NCBI GenBank assembly: GCA_029938555.1 | Contig: JAOZUR010000005.1 | Span: forward strand, 4,966-68,965 | DNA from: Candidatus Sabulitectum sp. | GTDB lineage: Bacteria; Fermentibacterota; Fermentibacteria; Fermentibacterales; JCC-6 | Direction of reading: 5' to 3' | DNA: 64,000 nucleotides | Shown here: positions 10,097-18,209 of the stretch, one piece after another | Layout of the letters: each line of letters begins with the position of its first letter | Numbering within the stretch: position 1 is the first letter of the stretch | Translations under genes and position numbers: made by a program | Notes under the pieces: generated by a model | What the model saw: the letters and a program-made list of their open reading frames with translations, nothing else | Told to the model about the DNA's origin: nothing | Database searches by the model: none

Positions 10097-11755
10097 ATGA
10101 AAATCTTAAGTTTGATACTTTTGCTGGCTTTAACAAGCCTAGCGTTCTCTGCTAGCAGAACAACATCTGAAGTTACTATCGATGGTGAGGTTACAACTAC
10201 TACCTATTCCAATACGGAGGTACTGATTGAGTCCCCAGTTACACCAGAAGCTCCTGAAGTAATATGGCAATACACTGAGACCGCCGGTATAACGCAAAAA
10301 AACTGCCCTATCAGCCAAAATGCTGAGTTTGTTTTTACAGGCGGCTGGTATGGTGGCGGTGTAATGTTCACCGGTATTAACGGTGATGGTTCAGCTCTCT
10401 GGGAAACAGATGAGCCAGTAGTTGAAACAAATGAATATTGGATTTGGTTAGGTACTGGAACTGCAGTTGCTAAGACAGCAGACATTTTCTATACGGTTCA
10501 AGAATGGACTATTTACAATGACAACGGTACACCTGGTGACACTTCAGATGATTTCCTTGTTTCTGAAGGTAACACAAATGTTTCTCTTTACAATTCTGCT
10601 TCCTCAGTTCCAATATGGTCTTACTCCGGTGATTCTGATGGGTTCATCTCTGCTTCTGTTCAAGAACCGGGAAAATACGCTTGTTCTGATGATGGAACTA
10701 TTTTTGCAACAGCAGGCGCAAAAGATGGCCATCTTGCCATTCAATTTTTCAATTCTTCCAGTGCCACGCCAATAACAACTTATGAAGACGCTTCCATTGA
10801 ATACTTCCCACGCCAGATCAGGTTAACTGCTGATGGTACCAAGTGTATTTTCAGAGTTTCTGCAAATCTTTACCGAGTAGATGTTGCTACTGGTACTTTA
10901 GAAGATACCTACTATCTTAATGCCGGTAATGATTGCTTTGCCATCTCCCCAGATGGTTCTGTTGTTGCTTATGGTTTTACTGCAGCCAGAATTGCTACAT
11001 GGGACGGCTCTGAATACAGCCTTGTAGCAGGGGCCCCTGTAAGCGGTTTCTATGGAGGTGCTGCAACAATAGCCCATGACAATCAAACCATATATTTTGG
11101 TTTCAACAGCAGCAACTATAAAACTACTCGAATTCTTCGATTTGATGTTTCCAGTTCAACACCACTCTGGACCTATGACTCCCCTACGGGAACAGGCTCT
11201 AATCAGAATGCTATGCAGTGGATGGATTGCTCTGATGACGGTAGATGGATGGTTGCAGGCTCATGGGGTATTGAAAATGGAGGTCCGGAAGTACTGGTAT
11301 TTGACGACCAGAATCCAGAAGAACCTGTTTTTGGAATCGATACTCCAGGTTCAATGTTTCATGTTGATATGAGCCCTGATGGTCAGTACATAACAGCTGC
11401 AGGGAAACATGTTCATGCGAATACGATGGGTGGTGGAACTGATGTTTATTTCGCCCAGATTGATTTGCTTGGGATTGAAGGAACTGAATCTTCAAATACT
11501 ATGAATCTTTTACCAATCAACCCAAATCCGGTAACAAATAATCTTAATGTGAACTTCTCTATTCCAACAGCTGGAACTGTAAGCCTTGGTGTTTACGATC
11601 TTTCAGGAAGATTGGTTCAAAATCTAACTCAGGCACAACTTTTAACTGGTTCCCATAATTTATCTTTCACTACAGAGTTAAACACAGGTGTTTATCTTTG
11701 TCGTCTTACTTCAAATGAAGGTTCGATTACACAAAAGTTTGTAGTTACCAGATAG
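10097..11755 (+). CDS. Secreted beta-propeller-like protein with T9SS CTD (paralog B)
   Basis: Colinear with 8391-10067 along its whole length; about half the positions are identical by eye. CTD: NPNPVTNNLNVNF...VYDLSGRLV...GVYLCRL. Confidence 0.6.
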   Translation: MKILSLILLLALTSLAFSASRTTSEVTIDGEVTTTTYSNTEVLIESPVTPEAPEVIWQYTETAGITQKNCPISQNAEFVFTGGWYGGGVMFTGINGDGSALWETDEPVVETNEYWIWLGTGTAVAKTADIFYTVQEWTIYNDNGTPGDTSDDFLVSEGNTNVSLYNSASSVPIWSYSGDSDGFISASVQEPGKYACSDDGTIFATAGAKDGHLAIQFFNSSSATPITTYEDASIEYFPRQIRLTADGTKCIFRVSANLYRVDVATGTLEDTYYLNAGNDCFAISPDGSVVAYGFTAARIATWDGSEYSLVAGAPVSGFYGGAATIAHDNQTIYFGFNSSNYKTTRILRFDVSSSTPLWTYDSPTGTGSNQNAMQWMDCSDDGRWMVAGSWGIENGGPEVLVFDDQNPEEPVFGIDTPGSMFHVDMSPDGQYITAAGKHVHANTMGGGTDVYFAQIDLLGIEGTESSNTMNLLPINPNPVTNNLNVNFSIPTAGTVSLGVYDLSGRLVQNLTQAQLLTGSHNLSFTTELNTGVYLCRLTSNEGSITQKFVVTR

Positions 11756-11772
11756 TCTAAGTTTTTTAGTTT

Positions 11773-11810
11773 ACCCGCATTTTCTTAAAAGAGAATGCGG
11801 GTAATTTTTT
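11773..11810 (+). terminator. Rho-independent terminator closing the cargo operon
   Basis: ACCCGCATTTTC-ttaaaa-GAGAATGCGGGT stem with one bulge, followed by aaTTTTTT. It lies 18 nt after the stop at 11755. Confidence 0.75.
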
Positions 11811-11872
11811 ATACAGTAATGATTTACGAAATTATGCTTATTTTGATATAAAAGATCTCTAAACAGGTATAA

Positions 11873-12274
11873 TTATGAACAACCACATTTTGCTATGAAA
11901 ACAATAAGAAGTACAAAAACTAAAAAAGCGATAAACTTTATTGTACCAGTTATTGAACCAAGACAGCCTCCGCCGCTTGAATTTTGTGTAGTTCCCTGTT
12001 CGTTGTAACTATCGGTATTATTGTAAGTCTCGCCATCATTCTGTGGTCTGTTTTTTGCACCTGGATTATGTGAAGCTTTAACAAAACGATTCTTTTGCCC
12101 GCTATCTCTGCTTGTTTTACCGCGAGAAGATGTTTTTTCTTTTTTCCTTGAAAGTATCGATTTACCTGAACTAGCTGATTTTCGAGAACTGCTGGAAGAT
12201 TTACTACTTTTCGATGAGTGTCTAGATTTACCTGATGAGCCTCTTGATTTGCCTGATGATCTGCTCTTTTTCAA
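11873..12274 (-). CDS. Ser/Lys/Arg-rich low-complexity protein with a single C-terminal transmembrane helix
   Basis: TTG start 5 nt after GGAGGTG. The N-terminal ~110 aa are almost only S/K/R/G/N. The C-terminus IKFIAFLVFVLLIVFIAKCGCS is a hydrophobic anchor ending in CGCS. Confidence 0.5.
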   Translation of the reverse strand: MKKSRSSGKSRGSSGKSRHSSKSSKSSSSSRKSASSGKSILSRKKEKTSSRGKTSRDSGQKNRFVKASHNPGAKNRPQNDGETYNNTDSYNEQGTTQNSSGGGCLGSITGTIKFIAFLVFVLLIVFIAKCGCS

Positions 12275-12340
12275 TTTCCACCTCCGTTAATGATTTTCAT
12301 TAACATATACGAAAAAAGGTAACAAACAAACAGGGGATTT

Positions 12341-13693
12341 CTATTTCTTTTCTCGGCTCTGAGTTACACGAAGATTTAAGAAGCGTACTTTGCTCCATAT
12401 TCTTAACTTCCCAAGAACTACATTTAGTGGAACAGCATTTGGCTCTTTAACTCTGGAAAGAGGGAGAAGGGCGCTTAATCTGGCGAATGCAGTAATTAAG
12501 AACAATACTTGCATGGGGTGCAGGGATAGACCGAAAATTGTAAGAGGAGCTGGCATGAAAAAACCAGAAGCTAACATTGTTATCATCATGCCCATACCAC
12601 AGAATGCACCAAACAGGCCAGAATAGATTTGAGCTTTGTTTTCAGGAGCAATTGCAAGAACTAGATTTGCTGTGACAACACCAACGCATCCCCACATACT
12701 TCCAGATATCAGGGACTCCACATAAATAATCCACAGATTAGAGGGAGACACAAAAAGCCATACAAAAGGAACAACAGTTCCAATGCCAATAGCTAATTTC
12801 ATGGCTGCAACATTACCATACCGATCAATGAGCCTTCCCCAGTATTTAAGTGTAAGAATTGAACCAATGGTACTAGTCATTCCATATAAGAGCATTTCAG
12901 TCACGCCCATATGTAATACTTCAATCATGAACGGCTGCCAGAATGGTGCTCCTATGCCAACAGCAAGCATCCACCAGGATCCAAAGACACATAGTCTTCT
13001 GAAATTTTTATCTTTAAAGGGTTCCTTGAATAGTTGCCTAACCGGCATGCTTGTGGTTTCAGTTGGTCTCTCGGGTTGTTTTGAGAGAATTTTAAGGCCG
13101 ATTAATCCAATGATTCCTGCCACTATAAACATGGCTGCCATGACCAACTTAAGCGCATGCGGATCATCGCTGTAAAAGTCAACAAGTAAACCCAATAGAA
13201 AAGCTGTTGAAAGACCGAATCCTAATAGAACGGCATTTCTTTTAGCAAAAAAGCGACCTCTGATTCGAAGGGGAACCATTCTAGCCATCCACCCCGCCCA
13301 GATATTAGCAGAAACTGCCAGCAATGCAGTGGAAATAGCGAATACAACAAGAACTGCTGTGAGAGATATACGGTCAGATAAAAAAAGAGGAATAATACCA
13401 AGAAAAGGTGTAAGTGCTCGACCTGCCACCGCCCAGTTTACAGTTGCTGATTTGTGTAGAGTTAGCTTTCGGGTAACCAGTGCTCCAAGTGGCATCAGTA
13501 TAAGGAAAATCTGCCCAATTGCTGATAGTATTCCAAACTGAATAGAAGAAGCTCCAAGCATAACAAGAAGCTTGGTTAAGAATACAGAACCTGGTCCAGC
13601 CAGGCTGGTGTATACCTGCGAGTAAACACCTTCAGTAATTGATATTCTGAAGGTTTCCCTCAGCTCAGATGGTTTTGTTTTTAGATCACCCAT
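12341..13693 (-). CDS. MFS-type transporter
   Basis: 450 aa with about 12 hydrophobic segments arranged 6+6 around a charged central loop (KQPERPTETTSMPVRQLFKEPFKDKNFRR). Confidence 0.65.
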   Translation of the reverse strand: MGDLKTKPSELRETFRISITEGVYSQVYTSLAGPGSVFLTKLLVMLGASSIQFGILSAIGQIFLILMPLGALVTRKLTLHKSATVNWAVAGRALTPFLGIIPLFLSDRISLTAVLVVFAISTALLAVSANIWAGWMARMVPLRIRGRFFAKRNAVLLGFGLSTAFLLGLLVDFYSDDPHALKLVMAAMFIVAGIIGLIGLKILSKQPERPTETTSMPVRQLFKEPFKDKNFRRLCVFGSWWMLAVGIGAPFWQPFMIEVLHMGVTEMLLYGMTSTIGSILTLKYWGRLIDRYGNVAAMKLAIGIGTVVPFVWLFVSPSNLWIIYVESLISGSMWGCVGVVTANLVLAIAPENKAQIYSGLFGAFCGMGMMITMLASGFFMPAPLTIFGLSLHPMQVLFLITAFARLSALLPLSRVKEPNAVPLNVVLGKLRIWSKVRFLNLRVTQSREKK

Positions 13694-13881
13694 AAAGGAA
13701 ACATACTTACCGATGCAACTGTGGCAAACTATTCATAGAAGTTTTTCTCTGGCTTCCAGTTACCAGCTGGCAACTCCAATGGTTGTTTCGTTGCAATACA
13801 GGTCAGTTGGGTTATAATTGAGATACCGAATATATTGAAACAAGATTCAGGCTCTACAAACGAGTTTATGGGAAGGGATGC

Positions 13882-14751
13882 ATGAAAAAATTGTTAAGCA
13901 AATTTCGGTTTTCTGTTCCTCTTTTACTACTTTCCATGGTTGCATTTTCCTCAGACCAATGTATTTGGCAGGGGGTAGGGCGAACAGTTGCAGTTGGTGA
14001 TGTCCACGGTGATTATGATCAGTTTGTTTCAATTCTTCTTGAGGCAGGGCTTATTGATTCCGACCTGAACTGGGTTGGAGGAAAAACACACCTAGTTCAA
14101 ACTGGTGATGTTCTTGATAGGGGACCTGATTCCAGGGCGGTAATGGATCTGATTATGTCTCTTGAAGAGCAAGCTCCTTTGCATGGAGGGTATGTACATT
14201 TTCTTTTAGGCAATCATGAAATAATGTTGATGAAAACAGATTTAAGATATGTTCATCCTGGTGAAATTCTTTCTCATGGCGGTTTGAAGGAAATGGTACG
14301 AACTTTGCGCCCCAATGGTTATTATGGTAACTGGCTTGCAGAGCACAATACTATCATTAGAATTAACAATGCTTTATTCACCCATGCAGGCATTTCAGGG
14401 GAGTATTCAAATTTTTCAATTCCAGAAATAAATGAAACAGTGCGAGAGGAAATTAATCGCAATTGGTCTGAACCTTCAGGAATTCTCTCATCCATGGGGC
14501 CTGTGTGGTTCAGGGGGCTTGCAAATGATAGAGGAAGTGCAATAGAACGAGTACTGGAAGAGACTCTTGAAACAAATAATGCAGATTATATTGTAATAGG
14601 TCATACTGTTAATATTAGCGGAATAATCAGTAGGTTCAGTGGAAGAGTCGTGTTGATAGATACAGGCATGTCGAGGAATTATGGAGGTATGGCTCAGTAT
14701 CTTGAGCTTGACGATTTTGGGTATAAAAAATATATAGTATTTTCTGATTGA
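13882..14751 (+). CDS. Secreted PPP-family metallophosphoesterase (calcineurin-like / Shelph-like)
   Basis: Signal peptide followed by the three PPP signatures GDVHGD, GDVLDRGPDS and GNHE. Confidence 0.75.
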   Translation: MKKLLSKFRFSVPLLLLSMVAFSSDQCIWQGVGRTVAVGDVHGDYDQFVSILLEAGLIDSDLNWVGGKTHLVQTGDVLDRGPDSRAVMDLIMSLEEQAPLHGGYVHFLLGNHEIMLMKTDLRYVHPGEILSHGGLKEMVRTLRPNGYYGNWLAEHNTIIRINNALFTHAGISGEYSNFSIPEINETVREEINRNWSEPSGILSSMGPVWFRGLANDRGSAIERVLEETLETNNADYIVIGHTVNISGIISRFSGRVVLIDTGMSRNYGGMAQYLELDDFGYKKYIVFSD

Positions 14752-14810
14752 TTTTTTAAGTATTAACCTATTTTTTTCTTAGAATATAAGTAACTCTAGA
14801 GGAGGTTTTT

Positions 14811-16832
14811 ATGATTTTGTTAGTTCAGGCAATTATGGTTCTGCTATCAATTCAGGTGGCTGATATTTCATTTCAGATTGATTCAGAAGTTGTTGAATTT
14901 TCAACCTTTAGAGGTAATGATGTTGTTTCCATCCCAGGTGGGGCTTCGCCTTTTTCTGAAGGCGAACCCAGCCTTCCAGCTGTTGGTTACTCAATGGTTA
15001 TTCCTCAGGGAACAAGGCTTGAAGGGGTTGAGGTTGAAGTTGTTTCAGAGTTTGTTTTTACTGGAATCTATAATATCATTCCAGTAATATGTCTTCCACT
15101 AAATCAACCTATTCCAAGTTTTCTTTCTCGTTCACCGCTGTATTCTTACAGTTCATTCCCCTCAAATTCTATTCAAGATTTGAATACTGGTGACAAAACT
15201 GGTTTCAAAATTGCTTCATTCTCTTTTGTGCCATTTGCATGGAATCCTCTCACGGGAAAACTTTCTCTAATAACTGAAGCAATTCTTAAACCTGTTATTA
15301 TTACTGTTGATGATGAACCACGGTATCACCTTTCTGAAATTCAGATAAACACGGCAATTTCTGCTCTTAGGTCTGTTGTTAGTAACCCTGAAATGCTTGA
15401 AATGTATTCTCCTGATTTATCTCCAGCTGTAGACGGAGCTCCGTGGGTTGTTATAGCGGATTCTTCTTTATTGTCTGCACTTGAACCTCTTATTGAACTT
15501 AGAGCTATTACACATGGTTCTTCTTTTAAGTCAACCCAGTGGATTTATGATAATTATGAAGGGTATGATACTCAGGAGAAAATTAGAAATTACCTAAAAG
15601 ATGCTTATCTGAATCAAGGGCTTGTATACGCTCTTATTGTTGGTGATTACGGTGAAACTACTCGGATATCCAGTTTGTCTATTGGTGGAAATGTGATGAA
15701 CTCCACAACTGACCTCTATTATAGTGATCTTAACGGTTCCTGGGATCTTGATGACGACCATGAATATGGAGAGTTAACTGATGGTATTGATTGGTACAGT
15801 GATATTTACATAGGAAGATTTAGCACCGATGTGCCGTCTCGTCTTGAAACTATTGTTAACAAAACGGTAGCTTATGAAACCACTGCTCCTGAAGGTTCCT
15901 GGCAAACTACTGCACTACTGGCAGGAGCAGGTTTATGGGTTGATGACCCACCTGGATATTGGGGTTCTTTTGTTTGTGATTCAGTTGATTCCCGAATACC
16001 TGAATCTTGGACTGTACACAAATTGTATGAAGATTATTCAACTCACCCAAACAATCAGATTGAGCTTCTAAATCAAGGTGTTTCATATTGCACATTAAAC
16101 GGTCATGGAAACCCTGGTGGAGTTTACTGGTACTTTGATCCGCCAACTGAAATTGTAACTAATTCAAATTATTCTGATATTAGTAATGCGGGAAAACCTG
16201 CTGTTTTCCATTCTATGGCTTGTCACCCGGGGCACCTTCAAGATGTTGCCTGTATTGCTGAAAGATTAATGTTCTGGCCCCATGGTGGAGGAGTTGCAGT
16301 GATGTTTAATTCTCACTGGGGTTTTGGAACACCTCCAGCTTTTGGTCCCAGTGAGTGGCTTGAACTTTATTTTGCGGAAGTACTTATACAGGATGAGCAA
16401 TATGAAATAGGAGTGGCACACGCTGTATCAAAAGATGAATTTAAGGCTAATGTCAGTATTACAATGCAGACCTGGGTTCTCCAGGAAAATAATCTACTTG
16501 GTGACCCTGCTCTTAGATTCATAGCTGGGCAGATGGGAATAGAAACGGAAGAGAGTTGTTCGTCTTTCTCTTCTCCTGTTATTTACTCACCTTCTCCTAA
16601 TCCTGTAATTGGTTCTTGTGAAGTTAACTTCATTATGCCAGTTACTGGAACTGCTACTTTAGCAGTTTATGATCTTTCTGGAAGAATTGTCACAACAGTC
16701 TACCAGGGGCTTCTTAATGAAGGACAAGGAAGTATTAACTTAGATGTTTCAACTCTTGCAACCGGATGTTACAGTATTGTTATTAATTCTGAAACAGGAG
16801 CATCCTCAACACAGATGCTTGTTTTAAAATAG
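14811..16832 (+). CDS. Peptidase C25 (gingipain-like) family protein with T9SS CTD
   Basis: GAGGAGG SD. His motif LNGHGNPGG and Cys motif FHSMACHPG, spaced as in clan CD C25 peptidases. CTD: SPNPVIGSCEVNF...VYDLSGRIV...GCYSIVI. Confidence 0.7.
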   Translation: MILLVQAIMVLLSIQVADISFQIDSEVVEFSTFRGNDVVSIPGGASPFSEGEPSLPAVGYSMVIPQGTRLEGVEVEVVSEFVFTGIYNIIPVICLPLNQPIPSFLSRSPLYSYSSFPSNSIQDLNTGDKTGFKIASFSFVPFAWNPLTGKLSLITEAILKPVIITVDDEPRYHLSEIQINTAISALRSVVSNPEMLEMYSPDLSPAVDGAPWVVIADSSLLSALEPLIELRAITHGSSFKSTQWIYDNYEGYDTQEKIRNYLKDAYLNQGLVYALIVGDYGETTRISSLSIGGNVMNSTTDLYYSDLNGSWDLDDDHEYGELTDGIDWYSDIYIGRFSTDVPSRLETIVNKTVAYETTAPEGSWQTTALLAGAGLWVDDPPGYWGSFVCDSVDSRIPESWTVHKLYEDYSTHPNNQIELLNQGVSYCTLNGHGNPGGVYWYFDPPTEIVTNSNYSDISNAGKPAVFHSMACHPGHLQDVACIAERLMFWPHGGGVAVMFNSHWGFGTPPAFGPSEWLELYFAEVLIQDEQYEIGVAHAVSKDEFKANVSITMQTWVLQENNLLGDPALRFIAGQMGIETEESCSSFSSPVIYSPSPNPVIGSCEVNFIMPVTGTATLAVYDLSGRIVTTVYQGLLNEGQGSINLDVSTLATGCYSIVINSETGASSTQMLVLK

Positions 16833-16853
16833 ATAAACCGGTGTACTAAATGG

Positions 16854-17711
16854 TTACGGGTTGTGCCAGCTTGCAACGCCATCAATAATAAAACCGTGGT
16901 TAGGATCCAGTGGTGAAGGGCAATAAACAGCATAGGTAGAATCCGTTGCAAAGAGAGTATATTTTAATCCACACTCATAACAATATATTCCGGCTAAGCC
17001 AAGATCTTCTAAAGAAGAGGTATAAGTATTGCTTCCTGCAAAATAAATCACTTCTAGCCCAGCTATAAGATGCATATTTGTTCTGCAATCATTATACCCA
17101 GGTATATACCATGAAGGAATACCAGTTTTTATCATGCCATGATTTGGAATGGAAGGAAGAGGGCATTCAATGGTGTATTCTGTTTCATTTCCCGTAATTA
17201 TATAGGAAAGATTACATTCTGGACATTTTTTGTAACTGTAACCCAGCTCTTCAATGCTATTTGCATATCTGCCAAATTGAGCGTAGTGGTTCTCTTGGTT
17301 AGAAATCAGCGATAGCATATTGTTATGACATCCATAAGAAGGTGGATATGTCCATGAGTGAACTCCATCAATAATATTTCCATGGTTAGGATCCAGCGGA
17401 GAAGGACAAAAAACTGAAAAGGTTGAGTCAGTACAAGTAAGAATATATTCCAATTCGCACTCGGCACAGGTTAAACCTGTTAGCCCAAGTTCTTCAAGAG
17501 TGGTGGCATATTCGTTATGTCCTGCAAAATAAATAACTTGTTGACCTACGACTACTCGCATATGTGTTCTACATTGTTCAGTAGGATCCGGTTGGTATTT
17601 ACCTTCTTGAAAATCAGGTTCTAATGGAGAGTTATTCAATAGATCGGTTTGGGTACAGGAAAAGAGCGAAACCAACATGAAAACAAAACTAATGGATAAT
17701 ATAACTCGCAT
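16854..17711 (-). CDS. Lipoprotein composed of three tandem 81-aa Cys-containing repeats (pilin-headgroup-like)
   Basis: Signal peptide plus lipobox (LVSLFSC). Repeats span aa 47-127, 128-208 and 209-285. Each has C-x34-CxxC-x16-CP.P..PNHG.I..G..SW. Confidence 0.6.
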   Translation of the reverse strand: MRVILSISFVFMLVSLFSCTQTDLLNNSPLEPDFQEGKYQPDPTEQCRTHMRVVVGQQVIYFAGHNEYATTLEELGLTGLTCAECELEYILTCTDSTFSVFCPSPLDPNHGNIIDGVHSWTYPPSYGCHNNMLSLISNQENHYAQFGRYANSIEELGYSYKKCPECNLSYIITGNETEYTIECPLPSIPNHGMIKTGIPSWYIPGYNDCRTNMHLIAGLEVIYFAGSNTYTSSLEDLGLAGIYCYECGLKYTLFATDSTYAVYCPSPLDPNHGFIIDGVASWHNP

Positions 17712-18056
17712 TTTAACCTCCTAATATATAATGTATAAGAATATTATTTTATTTACTACCGTAGTCAATAGGTGATTTATAGTAGGACAATAATTCTTGT
17801 AACAAAATTACTATTACAAGTATAAAAAGTTACCATATGTTAAATCATATTCATGCCAAGAAGGTAGACCATTCTCGATTTTATCATGGTAGGTAACTGT
17901 ACCATAGGACAACCTACGAAAAACCGAGTCGATTTTTATGCATCGCTTTGCGGAAAAGTCTTGACTTTTATGCAAAGTGGTTCAGAAGCATTTATTTATT
18001 GATCCTTGATGAAATACATAAAATGCCTGGGCGGAAAATCTCCTCATTGGATAGTT

Positions 18057-18069
18057 GGGGAGGGGGGGG
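18057..18069. repeat. G-rich homopolymeric tract GGGGAGGGGGGGG
   Basis: A G4-A-G8 run in an otherwise AT-rich 498-bp divergent intergenic region, about 140 bp upstream of the 18210 start. Confidence 0.9.
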
Positions 18070-18209
18070 TAAAGTCAATACCATGTGTTGATTGGATATA
18101 CAAGCAGATATTTATGTTCAAATTTAATTGAAAATATTTTTCTTTAGGTTAGAAATGAAGGGTTGATTTAATCTAACATCTGGACAAGCGAGTAAGAAAA
18201 GAAGATATT

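Noticed and set aside
17712-18209. Mobile-element remnant or ncRNA in the 498-bp intergenic region
   Set aside because: No terminal inverted repeats, transposase fragments or tRNA-like sequence were seen. Only short hairpins are present (CTTGTAA-N11-TTACAAG at ~17796-17820 and overlapping ATGGTA/TACCAT and GTAGGT/ACCTAC arms at ~17885-17917), which is insufficient for a call.
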